Assembly (NCBI RefSeq): GCF_009914755.1
Contig: NC_060927.1
Length of the DNA stretch: 64,000 bases
Source of the DNA: the human T2T-CHM13v2.0 reference genome, Homo sapiens
Direction: 5' to 3' (one strand)
The number at the start of each line of letters is the position of its first letter. The stretch's first letter is position 1. This document shows positions 1 through 15,770 of this stretch, in pieces. The notes beneath the pieces were generated by a model that searched no databases, was not told the origin of the DNA, and saw only the letters and a list, made by a program, of their open reading frames with translations. A program made the position numbers and the translations under genes.

Positions 1-709
1 TTATGGAGTCATAGACTGAGAATCAGATGAAGGACATTAAAGTGATCTAGAAGACAAATGTATGACTTGCTTCCTGGAAAAGAAATGACGAATGGGTTTC
101 TATTGAAATTGTCCAACTCTCACTGAATAGAAAACGTAAAATAAACCAAAACTCACTTTTCCTTCCCTAGTTTTAAAATATGTTAAAGATGAGCCTGCTA
201 TATTGGTGATGGTTTGCACGTATGCACTCAGATTTGAATAAACCAGTGGAGAATATAAAAAGAGGAATAGATCCAAGATGTTACTCATGGGGTCTGGATA
301 ATACTAAGACAGATTTATAGCAGTTACTTTCCTTATCTCATTACATAATTACCCAATCAAGGACATCAACAGGATTTAGTCTCATTAAATTGGTAGTAAA
401 TGTAGTAAATTTTTTAATTAATCAATAGGAAATCTCTAGGTAATTCAACTAGGTGATAGCTTTAGCTTTTTAATTATTCCACTCAATTAGTCAATCACTT
501 GTCTAGATCTCTAAGATCTTTGGGTAAATGTCACATGAATTTATTAAGTATAGGTTCTTTGAAACTATCTAGACTGTAGCCAAACTCCACATAGTTTAGT
601 TAACTTTGCTCATCTCAGAAGAAGTAAAGTAAGATCAATTGGGTATGAATAATAAGTGCTTCATAAGCACAATGAGTGTACGTGTATGTGTGTCTACACA
701 AACCCTTAA

Positions 710-915
710 ATTGCATTTATCATGTGTCAGGTATTCTTCTAAATACTTCACATACATTAACTCATTTAATCTTCACAAATATGCCTTTAGATAGATATAA
801 TTGTTATTATTAGACTAGTGGTATTCTGATTTTTCAGATAAGGAAATTGAGGCATAGAAAGCTGGCATTCAAATCAAGGCAGTTTGGTTCCAGAATCTGT
901 GCCCCCAATAACACA
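710..915 (-). mobile_element. MIR SINE
   Basis: Reverse complement of the MIR core: 'aactcatttaatcttcac...ttttcagataaggaaattgaggcataga...ggcattcaaatcaaggcagtttggttccagaatc'. Boundaries approximate. Confidence 0.75.
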
Positions 916-1049
916 ATAGTTATGCCATAAATATATGCTATTTTAGAGAGATTATTTACACAGGGTTAAAGGTTTTTGTCAGAATTGACAGGATTTGGTA
1001 ATGTTTTATAACAACTAAACAAATATTTATTGTTCAATGTCTCCTATTT

Positions 1050-1800
1050 TAAAATAAAAATTATTTTCTGACTAATATAAAATTATCATGGAAAAGATTG
1101 AAAGGAAACTAAATATTACACATAAACTGCAATGCAGAACTAATAACGATTATTCATTTTGGTCTACTTCCTTCCATCCTTCTTATGAATATGTTAATTG
1201 ATTTTACAAAATTTGGATCAAGTATTAAATAAACTTGTATATTTTGTTTCTTTCACTTAACATTTGATTAGAATCATATTTCTTTACATAATCTTCAATA
1301 TGACTTTGTTCTTCATTTGTTTTGGATGTAATATTTTCATATGAATGTATCATATGCTAAATAAGTCTCCTATTTTGTTTACTTTGAAAATTCAAGTAAT
1401 TTATTATATCAGATAATATTATGGTCATTGTTAGGCATTTTGAACATTTTTTAAGGTAGCTGCTTAGATGTTGAAATTATTCAATTAAATCATATGGTTT
1501 TTAAGGCTTTTTAAAAAACAAACAAATTGCTCTCCAGGAATATTATTATTCCAGTTTGCATTCTTACCAGCAGAGTGTGACAGTATTCAATTCATCACAT
1601 ACTAATTAGCATGAATATTTTCATTTAAAAAAATCTTTGACACTTTGGTAAGTGACAAAATTATATTTCATTGGTGCTTTAATTTTTATTTCTTTGATAT
1701 TAAAATGACACATTTTATGTTTGTTATTCATTTGTGTTTCTTTTATGAATTGCTGAGGTCTTTTATCATTTATCTTTCTTGTTATTTACACATAGGCAAT
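1050..1800 (-). mobile_element. Ancient L1M fragment (3' part)
   Basis: Decayed L1-like text 'ccagtttgcattcttaccagcagagtgtga...atttcattggtgctttaatttttatttctttgat'. Confidence 0.55.
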
Positions 1801-2384
1801 TTGTTTTTCAAATCCCTCTCCACTCTCCCTACATTGACATTGATCATTCAGTTTTGTTTGTGGTAATATTTGATGATGTTCACTTGGGTGTAATCAAGTC
1901 AAGTGGTCCTCCATGTGTTATTTTTCATTTTGATAGCATATATGGAAATGCCTTTCTCATGTTTAGATTACAGTCATCTGTATACCTTTCTAGTGCTTGT
2001 ATGTCTACATTTTTTATAATTACACTTTGATACACCTACATTTCTCCTTTATATGTGTGAGAGGAGGACCTCAACATTTCTTTCCAGAGTACTTTGGAAA
2101 TTACTAGTTTACCATGTGATATAATTTTTTAACACATTAATTTTTTTCCAGGTGGATCTGATCTCTTCAGGTTTTGGTACTCTCAAATTCCTACCTTCAC
2201 TCCCAGCCCCATCTCCACACTTTCAATACACTATCAGAAATTTCCTGGATAGATTTTCCTGCTTCTGTAAATTATAAAACATTTCTTGATTTTTCTCAAA
2301 ATATGATGTAGAAATTTCAATTTAAAAATTTGTTAAATCCCTTTATATTTTAACATGGTCTCTTAATTTTTTGAACATTTCTCT

Positions 2385-2480
2385 CGGAGGCTATTTTAGA
2401 TACAGTGGTGAGGGAAGATCATTCTGAGACGATGACAGTTGGGCAGAGAGAGCTGAGTGAAGTGAGGGAGAAAACCAGAA
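2385..2480 (-). mobile_element. L2 fragment
   Basis: 'ctattttagatacagtggtgagggaagatcattctgagacgatgacagttgggcagaga' resembles antisense L2. Confidence 0.5.
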
Positions 2481-3453
2481 TTATTAACAGACATGAAGGA
2501 AAAGCAGTCTAATGAGAGCTAGGTTAAGAAGACCATGAAACCTGATAAGAACACTCTAATTTCCTGAATGCCTAAAACTGTAGGCAGACAATGTCCTTAA
2601 TTATTAACAACTATTATTACATGGACAGAATCTTAGGCTTCCCAGAATTAGAAGGGTAACTTAGGACAAAAAACGTCTACTTTGATACCCTTTCTCATTG
2701 GTAGGAATAAAATCGCTTAGAATTTAAATGTGTTATAGATCTCGTAATCAGTGGTAGAATTTAGAGAAGATACAAATCACTTCACTTCCTGTTTTATATC
2801 CAGTCTTTTAAGCCTCCCAACCTCCAGTAGTTGATTCTGTGGTACTCATGTTTTGGGAACTATAGATTACCTATTACACAGATATTCTTGGTAAAAAGCT
2901 CCTCAATAATTGAACACATCTTTTTGATGTTGTTTATGTTTTTTCTTTTTGAAAAACAGATTCTAAACTTCCAAAATGTAATTTAAAAAATACTAAGAGA
3001 TTCTAGTTTTCATATCAGGATATAGTGGTTAACACACTTATAATAGTTACATTTTGTGACAGTCTTTTTCATTAAACATGTAAATTAGCCTTTCTGACTT
3101 TTTATAACTCAATAGGAGGGGGTAGAATTTCATGAAGGTCAAAGCAGTATGATGTTATTGTTATAGATTGTGTAGAAAATTAGCATTAATTGGAAAATCC
3201 ACAAATTAATATAATTAATGTTATTCTACTAGTCCCACAATTTTAAATGAAAGGATAACAGTTTATCATTCAAACATACCAGATGTTATATTTAATAAAT
3301 ACATTTAATTTTTAAATGAGAAAATATAGAATCTACAAACAGTTAAAGACAAAGTTAATGATATTGAACATTTTAAAATGTGAGCAACTTTATTTAAAAT
3401 TTATTTTTTTAAGTCTTAAGAAGTTGTTCCACTTGGAGAAAAAAGATTTGCTG

Positions 3454-3802
3454 ATACATGTATGGCAAAAGCCCCTGACTTATAGAGTGGAAGGGCCCTT
3501 GCAGATCATCTAGTTCACTAGGAAGATACAGAAACTGTGGATAAGAGAAGCCATTTGGCCCACACCCCTAAGAAACAAAAGCATCACATGTCACTCCTCT
3601 ACTACTATCACTGTTCCTTTGAACCACATAAATGAACAGATCAAAGGGTATGTCCATCTTTAATTTCATTAAACTTTGCCTGAAATGTAACAGTTTATAA
3701 TACAATCAGCAGTACATGAGAGTTATCATTTCTCCCAATTATTTCTGGCTTTAAATTTTTACTAATCTTGATGCTAGTAGATTCAAACATCTTGTCGTAG
3801 AT
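3454..3802. repeat. Left arm of a long inverted repeat (MIR3 tail plus old L1M)
   Basis: Reverse complement of 4416-4716 plus 5084-5100. About 92% identity over 3481-3600 by manual alignment, including a perfect run 'ccacacccctaagaaacaaaagcatcacatgtcactcctct'. Confidence 0.9.
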
Positions 3803-3832
3803 GTTTAACTACAGATGTTTCCACAGATAACC

Positions 3833-4570
3833 CAGATTATAAAAGGCTATAGGAAATTAAATAATATAGTATCACCATAAGAATAAACAGTAGATCAATT
3901 AAGCAGGAAAAAACCTTAAACCTATGTGTATTTAAAAGATATACAAAGCAGTGGGGAAAGAGTTGCTCACTGAGCAAATGATGCTGGGATATTTTACCAC
4001 CTATATTGAAAAATACATGCTTAATGGATGACAAAATCACATCCAAATGGATTTAAGATCTGTATGTGAAATTCAAACTTTGAAACATTTTAGGAAAAAA
4101 TATCTTTTTGATCATGGGGAGAGGGATGGATTTGTTATAAATTCTCTTAAAAATTTTCTATTTGTTAAACAAAATTTAAAAGATGGAATGTGTAAGAGAA
4201 ATAATAAATAAGATTCATTAAAATGCTAGAAACACATTTTTAAAGGGCCCGCAAGCAAAGCTGGCAAAAAAATTCACAGACTGAGTGTAGATGCAATGCA
4301 TATTTCTCTTAGAATCTTAATAAGCAAAATATTCATATTAAAAGTCTCCTTCAAGTCAATAAGAAATAAACTCTAAAAGGAGAATGAAGATGGAACAAAA
4401 GACATAGGCCAATATATCTATGAAAAGATATTTAACTCTACAAGCATCAAGACTGGTAAAAATTTAAAGCGTATTGCTGATCGTATTATAAATTCTTACA
4501 TTTCAGGCAAAGTTTAATGAAACTGAAGATGGACATACCCTTTGATCTGTTCATTTATATGACTCAAAGG
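3833..4570 (+). mobile_element. Old L1M ORF2 3' segment in plus orientation (inverted relative to flanking L1M)
   Basis: 'aaggctataggaaattaaataatatagtatcaccataagaataaacagtagatcaat...gcagtggggaaagag...aaatgatgctggga...tccaaatggatttaagatct' follows the L1 ORF2 [27 protein letters not shown] region. Confidence 0.65.
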
Positions 4571-5100
4571 AACAGTGATAGTGATAGAGGAGTGACATGT
4601 GATGCTTTTGTTTCTTAGGGGTGTGGACCAAATGGCTTGTCTTACCCTCAGTTTCTGTGTTTTTCTACTGAACTAGATGTTCTGCAAGGGCCCCTTCCAC
4701 TCTATAACTCAGTGACTGTTAGTCTATTTTCACTTTGCTGATAAAGACTTACTCAAGACTGAGCAATTTTTGAAAGAAAGAGGTTTATTGGACTTACAGT
4801 TCCACATGCTTGGGGAGGCCTCACAATCATTGTGGGAAGTAAGGAGGAGCAAGTCATACCTTACTTGGATGGCAGCAGGCAAAAAAAAAAAAAAAAAAAA
4901 AAAGCTTGTGCAAAAACTACCATTTTTAACTCTATCAGATCTTGTGAGACCCAGAACAGCCTGGGAAAGACCCACCCCCATGATTCAGTCATCTCCCACT
5001 GAGTCCCTCCCACAACATGTGGGAATTATGGGAGCTACAAATGAGATTTGAATGGGGACACAGAGCCAAACCATATTAGTGACTTTAGCCATATACACAT
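4416..5100. repeat. Right arm of the long inverted repeat, interrupted by THE1A
   Basis: Homology to the left arm resumes after the LTR: 'gtgactttagccata' is the reverse complement match of 'tatggcaaaagcccc'. Confidence 0.85.
4717..5078 (-). mobile_element. THE1A-like MaLR solo LTR
   Basis: Minus strand begins 'taatatggtttggctctgtgtccccattcaaatctcatttgtagctccc' and contains 'gtaagtccaataaacctc'. 5-bp TSD GTGAC at 4712-4716 and 5079-5083. Confidence 0.9.
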
Positions 5101-5804
5101 AACACAGATTATAAAAAACTATAGGAAATAGCATAATAATTTAATTAATAATCCTCTTTTCCCTCCTTCAAAAATTGTTGTGCTTATGTTTACTTTCTCT
5201 TCCATTTGAATTTCAGGATTAATTTTTCAAGTCCCATAAAAAATTATGCTAGAATTTTGTTGGGAGTCGTATTGAATTTACATTAATGTAAGAAAAATTG
5301 CCATGTTTAAAATATTGATTCTTTCCATTTATGAACATGGTTTCTCTCTTAATATTTTCAGTTCATCTTTCATGTCCTTCAGTCCAGCTACATAATTTTC
5401 TGCAAAGAATTCTTGTATGGTTTTGAAGGACTTACTTTGAGGCATCTTTTAAAATAGTTATTAGAAATGACATTGTTTTACAATGCATATTTCCTAATAA
5501 AATGCAACTGATTTTTATATATTTACATAGAATCCCGTAATACTTTTTTGCAGATACTTTTTCCTACATAGGTAATCAAATAATCTGAAAATAACAATAT
5601 TTAGTTTTTTCTTTTCATATCTTTCCTTATATATTTTTCTGACATTAATTTGGCTAAATAGTCCAGGAAATGTCACATTTCTTTCTTTAGGTCTTATCTT
5701 TTTGTTTTGTTTTTTGTTTGTTTTTTAACCTCTCAGAAATCTGGCAAGGCCTCCCAGTGTAATGTTGAGTAGTGCTAGTGATTGCCTCTTTTTCTAGTTT
5801 CTAA

Positions 5805-6125
5805 CTTTATTTTTATTTTTATTTTTGAGATGGAGTCTCACTCTGCTGCCCAGGCTGTAGTACAGTGGCGTGATCTTGGCTCACTGCAACCTCTGCCTCC
5901 CGGGTTCAAGCGACTCTCCTGCCTCAGCCTCCTGAGTAGCTGGGATTACAGGCATGCGCCACCACTCCTGGCTTTTTTATTTTATTTTTTTAGCTTTTAG
6001 TTTTTAGTAGAGACGAGGTTTCACCATGTTGGCTAGGCTGGTCTCGAACTCCTGGCCTCAAGGGATCCGCCTGCCTCGGCCTCCCAAAATGCTGGGATTA
6101 CAGGATTGAGCCACTGCACCCAGCC
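5805..6125 (-). mobile_element. AluS (Sx-like)
   Basis: Full dimer from the T-rich tail 'ttttgagatggagtctcactctg' to 'ccactgcacccagcc'. Confidence 0.95.
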
Positions 6126-6519
6126 TAGTTATGCTTCTAATGTTCACCGATATTTTGAGGTGAAATTATAGGCTTCACTAGACTGTCAGAGGAGTTCATG
6201 GCACAAAAAACGCTCAGAACCTTACATGGAAATTATCAGTCTAGGGATTTGGAGCAAACGCTGTGGAGAAAAGACTTCATAAAGCTTGCTGGTTGTCCTT
6301 CTATTTTTTATCATTCCACAAAGCATAGGGCTTTGTACCACCCTGATTTACTTCTGTGGATATCAGAACTAGAGCTCTGAGTCACTGCACCTCTTAGGAC
6401 AGGCATTATTTAGCTCAAGGAAATGGAAGGAAAGAAGCAAGAACATAATTCGATTTGTTCTTTACTATTTTATCCTTCCACACTCCTGACTATCTCCTGC
6501 TCAAGGTGCAAACCTGAAC

Positions 6520-6936
6520 AAAACAGTTCAACTTTTGCCTGTTATCATCTTTATTGTAACTAATATGTATGTTTCACTAATTTCTGTTCAAATAGAAGCT
6601 TCTTTCTAATAAATTAATATTATATTTAAAAATCTGAACATCTTAAGTTTCAAGTTTAGTTCATTCTTTTTAACCTTTTCTTATTTTCTGATATATGCAT
6701 TTAAGCTTATGACTACTCCTCTAAGTAAAACAGTTCAACTTTTGCCTGTTATCATCTTTATTGTAACTAATATGTATGTTTCATTAATTTCTGTTCAAAT
6801 AGAAGAAGCTTCTTTCTAATAAATTAATATTATATTTAAAAATCTTAGCATCTTAAGTTTCAAGTTTAGTTCATTCTTTTTAAACTTTTCTTATTTTCTG
6901 ATATATGCATTTAAGCTTATGACTACTCCTCTAAGT
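6520..6936 (+). repeat. Direct tandem duplication, 207 bp + 210 bp
   Basis: 6520-6726 and 6727-6936 both run 'aaaacagttcaacttttgcc...gactactcctctaagt'. They differ by 4 substitutions and one 3-bp indel. Confidence 0.97.
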
Positions 6937-8843
6937 ACTGCTGTAGATATATCCCACAAAACATATATGGTGTTCTCACCACGTCAAACATGTATATTTA
7001 TTATTTCTTCTTTAAGCCATCTATTTTTAAAGGGGTATTTATAAATTTTCTAAGCCTTGGTTTGGGAATTAGGAGTTTTTTTTTATTATTTCTACTTTTG
7101 TTGCAGTGTGGTTTGTATGCTGTTAAATCCTTAGTATTTATTAAGACTTTCTTGGTGATCAATTCTTGTAGATGTTCCATGTGTTTGAAATAATATTGAT
7201 TCACTGACTGTTCTGGCTAGGGTTTCGTAATTATCTATTAAGTAATATGATCTTTTTTTCTAAATCTTCCATGTCTTAGTATTGCTTTCATTTGTTTAAT
7301 ACATTAGATATTAACCTATCTATGTTAAAATTGTCAAATTCCATATTGGCTTTTGTCAAATTCTCTTTATAATTCAAGTTATTTATGTATTTTGCAACAA
7401 TATTGTTAAGGAAATACAGGTGAAGTATTATTGTTTTCCTAGTGAATTGTTCTGTGTATTACACATTTTATCTCTAATATTTCTTTTTGCCATAAAGTGT
7501 ATTTTATGTGAAATCAATGCAACTATGCCAGTTGGCCTTTCTGAGTATTTGCCTAATTTCTCTTTCTTCATTCCTTTCTTGAAATACCTTCTCCGTTGTT
7601 ATGTTTTAATAGTTTTTTAAACAGTAAGCAGCTGTTATTTTCAATGCATTTTAAGTTTCTGTCTCTGAACTAAGTTTATTTAATATCTATTTATTTTGGT
7701 TACTGATCCATTTGAATTTATTCTTTTTCATCTTATGTGCTTTATAATTACTAGTTTTTGTTGTATTTTATCACTTTTTTATTTTTGCTTTTTCATTCTT
7801 CTTTTCTACCTTCTGTTTGATATTTTCTTCATTCTACTTTTTATGTTGTACATTTTATTTCTACTTTTTAGTGTTAACATTAGATTTTTTAACACTCTTA
7901 CTTGCCAAAATAATGCTTAACATTAAACCATAATTATATCTTCTTTTCTAAAGTATAAGAATCTTAGAATATTATTTTACTTTGATCACTACCCACCTCA
8001 TCATTTTATATATTCATACTACTTTGATTTGTTTTAGTTCCAATTTGTGTTTAAATCAACCTAAACTAAAACATACTCTTTGTTCATATTCTTGGCCATT
8101 ATTTTTTTCTCTATGTGGACATATTTTTCTATGTATTTGCCAGCCATTATTTTTTATTTTCCCCCACTTTCCTCCTGGATTGAATTCTCTTTTCTTGATG
8201 TGCGTTCTTTGTCATTTCTTTCAATGGCATTCTGTAAGTGGTACACTTTTGCCTATGTCTATCTGAAAATATCTTTATTTCAGTCTTAGTTTTAAATTAT
8301 GGTTTAGTTGAGTATAAACTTTTAGGGTAACCACTAGTTTTCCTGGGACAGCTTGAATATATATTCCATTGTAGTCTGGTCTCTATCATTGCTGTTGAGA
8401 AATCTGGTATTGTGTTCTTGGTATTCAAAAGTAATCTTTTTATCCCTGGTGTCTTTTTTCCTTTTTCTTGATGTGCTGCACTATTATTTTGGTAGGTCTA
8501 AGGTTTGATCTTATTTATTCTACTTAGGATTTGTTCTGAATCTGATCATTAATATATTGTATCTATCATGAAAAAGTCTCAGTCATTGCTTCTTTCAAAA
8601 TTTTTTCCTTCACAGTTTCTCCATTTTTCTCCTCTGAAACTTTTATTAGGTGATCCTTCAGCTTTCTTTTTTTTTTTAATTTCTATCTCTTTATTTCTCT
8701 ACATTATATTCTGGGTAAATCCTTTTAGTTAAACTTTCATTTCACTAATATCTCCTCAACTACACCTAATCTGATCTTTAGATTTTCTTCTCAACCCCCT
8801 GTTCACTCCTTTCTCAGCCTTTTTCTTTTTCTGCTTACTTTTT

Positions 8844-11377
<2,534 letters not shown>

Positions 11378-11784
11378 GCTTACTTCTTAATTAATATTTT
11401 TCTGGGTTTCATGTCTGCTAATACTGTCTGAAGCAGTCATGTTTGTGCTAGGCTTCAATTATCCGCCATACATTTATGACTTCCATATCTATATCTCTAG
11501 GATGGTTCTTATTTTCCTTGATACGTCAAAATCTCCTAAACTGAGCATTATTTCCTTTACTAAATCTGCTCCTAATTTAGCTCCCTATAGAATCACATGC
11601 TGAAGCCAGTTTTAGGAGTCATCCTAAGTTGCCATTAACCCCTGAACTATGCCATTAATATCCTATGCTATAACACCACTCACCAAATTCCATTTATTCT
11701 ACTACTTAATGTGACCCACCTGTGATCCTTAGCACCCTTATTATTCTCACTTGAATGCTGTAATTCCTCCTCACTGACAAGGAA

Positions 11785-12020
11785 GCAAGATAGTGGGTAA
11801 AGGATGGGATATGAGAGCAAGATAGACAGAATTTGAATTTACACCTCTGGGTTTACTCTATGTATAATTTCTCCAAGCCTCAGTTCTTTACATAAAATGG
11901 TGAAATAATAATACTTACATCATAAAGTTGATGTAAAGAATTTAAGGAAAAATGCACGAAAAGTGTTTAGTGCAGTATCTGACTTCTAGTAGGTGTCAAT
12001 GAGTGTTAACGTGTGTTATT
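11785..12020 (+). mobile_element. MIR SINE
   Basis: 'gcctcagttctttacataaaatggtgaaataataatacttacatcataaagttgatgtaaagaatt'. Confidence 0.75.
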
Positions 12021-12889
12021 ACTAGGAATATGTCTCCCTGCATCTGCATTCGATAATACCTCTGTATAAAGTAGACCTGTCACATAGAATCATTTAATGA
12101 GCCTAAGCATTTCATGTTTACCTTCTTAGATATATTGCTTAATTCATTTATGGTTAGGGTTCTAGGCATATTAATTGGTACATGCACAATACTGCAGATA
12201 TATATTTCTTATGGGTCAATCAAGCTGTATTTGATTGAAGAAAAAAATGAATGTTATAAATGATAATATTTGTTACAGTAGAATTTCCTATATATTTGGA
12301 TATTTTCTAGGCAAGGTTGAAATTAGTGTGCATATATGTGGCTCATGCTTCTATTTAATTAAATTATTACAAGATTAGAATACAATAATTACTTAGTCAT
12401 AATTACATAGCAAGAAATATAATTGGCAAGGGAGATATTTTTAAAGATATTAAATCAGAATCCATTGCAAAAACAATAGTTTACTGTATCAGTACAAAAG
12501 TAGAATAGGTTGGAAGAAAACCAAAGAAGGAAAGAGGAATCTGTAATCTTTGATTACATTATTTGCACTGAATTATTAAAGCAGATGATAGTGTGAATAA
12601 ATCATGCTAGAGAAACCCTATGCTTTAGGCTGAAAATTTGGAATTCCAATGTTCTAACTTGGGAAATATTAGTATCTCCTTAGGAATCCTGGGTAGAAGG
12701 AATTTTCTGGATATTCGAGTCTATCCTCTAGCTCCAGGTCATTGTCAGTGGCCCCTGAAACATATTATTATTATATGTTAATGAATATTTCTCCAGTAGT
12801 AAAAAGTGAGAGCTGCACTTATTGAATTCACATTATACATCATACTTTGGATTAAAGTTTTACCTATGGTAAATTTCATTTATTCTTCA

Positions 12890-13015
12890 ATATATGCCTA
12901 TTGGGTATTATCAACTTCATTTTACAAACGAAGAAATTGAAGTTCAGCAACATTAAATATCATGCCCCAAGTCACACAGCTATTGAGCCGCTTTTCTGAG
13001 AATTCTATCCAGGCG
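12890..13015 (-). mobile_element. MIR fragment
   Basis: 'cattttacaaacgaagaaattgaagttcag...gccccaagtcacacagcta'. Confidence 0.65.
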
Positions 13016-13284
13016 TGTTTATGAGATATGAACCACAGTCCCTGCCTTCTGGATGTGTGCCATATTTTGCCTACTAGTGAAGGGACTCATTTTTACATGC
13101 TCCTTGGTCCAAAGAGTAGAAAATGGCCTAATTTCAGCAAGCAATAATGAACTGCAGTTTGTGTTAATCATTTGAAGCTGCTGATAAAATTGGGGATTAG
13201 CAACTCAACTTTAGTAAGCACTCTTGTCTATTGTAAATATATTTGGAGTGGGTGATGTATGTTAGTTAATATATGTATTTAATA

Positions 13285-13540
13285 ATACTATAATAGCTAA
13301 CATTTTATAGTGTTTACCATGTGCTGGGTAAAATTCCAAGTCCTGTACATTCATAAACTCTTTCAGTGTTAACAGCAAACACATGGAAATAGTACTGTCA
13401 TAACTTATATATTACAGATGAGAAAATTGAGGCACAGAAGGCCAAATACTTTGTCCACATTCACACAACCAGTAAATGGAAAACTGGATTAAAATGTAGG
13501 CAGTGTAGCACAAGAATTTAGATAGTCAACAACTATTCTA
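13285..13540 (-). mobile_element. MIR SINE
   Basis: 'aatagctaacattttatagtgtttaccatgtgctggg...ttacagatgagaaaattgaggcacagaag'. Confidence 0.8.
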
Positions 13541-13829
13541 TGAAACAAATACACATAGAAAAAGATTTGACATGTGTAAATGATTTAATTGAATATATAT
13601 ATATATATAGAGAGTATTTCTTCAGAATTTTTACCCTTATTTTTGATTTTTTTGAAAGTTTCTAAAAATTTATTAAAATTGAAATAAAACTATATTAAAC
13701 TTCCACATGGCTATCCTCAGATTCAGCGATTACTGCATTTTGCCTTACCAAAAATGGTTGATAGTTCTCTAAAGTGTTGTATAATCCAGACTTCTCTGGT
13801 TACTTGTGGTTTCTTTTATCTTTTTCATC

Positions 13830-13882
13830 TGTGCCCTGTTTTTCCCATTCCTTCACAACTTTGTCAATATTTAGTGTTATAG

Positions 13883-13921
<39 letters not shown>

Positions 13922-15440
13922 TGCATGTGCGGGGAGTGGTGGTGGTGGTGTTTGGTTCTGTTGTTGGTATTGTTCTGTTTAGTTTTAGCCATTCTGGTCA
14001 GTGTATAATGGTATCTTATTGTGGTTTTAATTTGAATTTGTCTCCTGATTGATGACATTGAGTAGTTTTTCATCTGCTTTTGGGCATTTGTGTATCTTCT
14101 TTAGTGAAATGTTTTTTTTTCTTTTTTTCAGTTGTTCTGCCCATTTGTTTTAGTGGTTATCTTTTTATTATTGAGTTGTAGTTATCCTTAATATATCATA
14201 GATACTAACCCTTGGACAGATATATATTTTTATAAATAGCATCTCAAGTTATTGCTTTCCTATTCATTTTCTTAATGGTGTTTTTCAAAGATTAGAATTT
14301 TTTGATTTGATGAAGTCTAATATATCATTTGTTTTTCTCTCTTTGCTTACATTCTGTGACATGCCTAAGAAACTTTGACTAACATCAAGTTATGCATACA
14401 TTTTATGTTTCTCCAATAGCTTTTTATTTCAGATTTTGTGTTTAGATATATAGTTTGAATTATTTTTATGCATGATTTGAGGTAGTGGCTGAGAGTTCAC
14501 TAATTTCCATACGAATGTTGTTACTCTAGCACCATTTTTTAAGAAGACTTACCTTTTCTTATTTGATCATTTTTTTATATTTGTCAAATATCTAATGAAT
14601 AAATAATTGGGGATTTATTTCTGATGTTGATATTCTTTCACTGATCTATTTGGCCAGTATCATACAGTCTTGATTATTGAGAATTGTACTAACTCTTGAA
14701 GGCAAGTAGTGTAAATCCTCTAACTTTGTTCTTTTACTAAATTGCTTTCAACATTCTAGATGCTTTGCATTTCCATGTAAGTTTTATAAACAGCTTATCA
14801 ATTTTCATAAAATAGTCACTAGAGTTATTAAGTTTTGTTGAATCTTTTGTAATTTGAGGATCATTACTATATTAACAGTGTTAAGTCTTTCAGTTCAGGA
14901 GTATAACTATCTATATCTTCTTTACTTTCTCTCAGCAATGCTTTTATCATTTTCAGTTTATAGGTCTTACATACCTTTGACTAAATTTGTTCCTAAATAT
15001 TTTATGGTGATGCTATTGCAAACATAATTGATTTTTAAATTTCATAGTTCAGTGGGTTTCTCCTGGTATATAAAATATATACAATTTTTATACATTAATA
15101 TTGTGATATTTGAGCTGTCTAAAATTACTCGTTTATTCTATCAATTTTGTACATTCCTTTGGATATTCTATGTAAATTTTCATATCATTAGGAAATATAG
15201 GTGGTTTTACTTCTACCCTTCTAATGTTTATACATTTTATTTCTTTCTCTTATTGCAATGAGTATGGCCTCTAGTAAAACAGTGGGTGAGTTGTGAGACT
15301 ATACATCATTACCTTTGTCTTAATTTTAGGAGGAGAATTACATTCAATATTTGACCATTAAGTTAGATATTAGCTGTAGCATTTTCTAGCACCTTTATCA
15401 GGTTGAAGAAATTTTCTTCTTTTCCCGGTTTTCTAAGAGT
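13830..15440 (-). mobile_element. Old L1M (L1MB/MC-like) ORF2 fragment
   Basis: Minus-strand translation gives 'QIKTTIRYHYTLTRMAK' (ORF2 C-terminus), followed by continuous antisense L1 text. Confidence 0.75.
13887..13918. repeat. (TG)n microsatellite, followed by a (GGT)n-like tract
   Basis: About 16 TG units seen directly. Confidence 0.95.
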
Positions 15441-15467
15441 CTTTTTTGAAAAAAAAAAAAAAAAAAA

Positions 15468-15770
15468 CTCTATTGAGGTATAAATTACAAACAGCAAAAT
15501 ACACCATCTTAAGTGTATTATCATAATCAAGATACAGTATATTAAACATCTCCACAAATTTCTCTTGTACCCCATACCAGTAAATCTTCACCCTATCCCA
15601 GTCTCTGCTTCTGTCTCTGTACATGAAGTTTGTGTTTCCTAGAAGACATATATCTTCTTATGATTTGAATCATAGAGTTTGTATACTTTTGTAACTGGCT
15701 TTTTTATTCAGTATAAGGTTTTTTGAGAAATACTGGTGTGGTTCCGTGTCTCTGTAATTGACAATTTTCA
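15468..15770 (-). mobile_element. L1M 3' UTR fragment
   Basis: 'tattgaggtataaattacaaacagcaaaatacaccatcttaagtgta' is a typical L1MB/MC 3' end read antisense. Confidence 0.6.

Larger units (their letters stand above)
5150..8800 (-). mobile_element. Fragmented ancient L1M (ORF2 and ORF1 remnants), interrupted by an Alu and a tandem duplication
   Basis: Typical antisense L1M motifs: 'ttccatttgaatttcaggatta', 'atatgcatttaagcttatgactactcctctaagtactgct', 'ttgctgttgagaaatctg'. Not contiguous. Confidence 0.6.
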
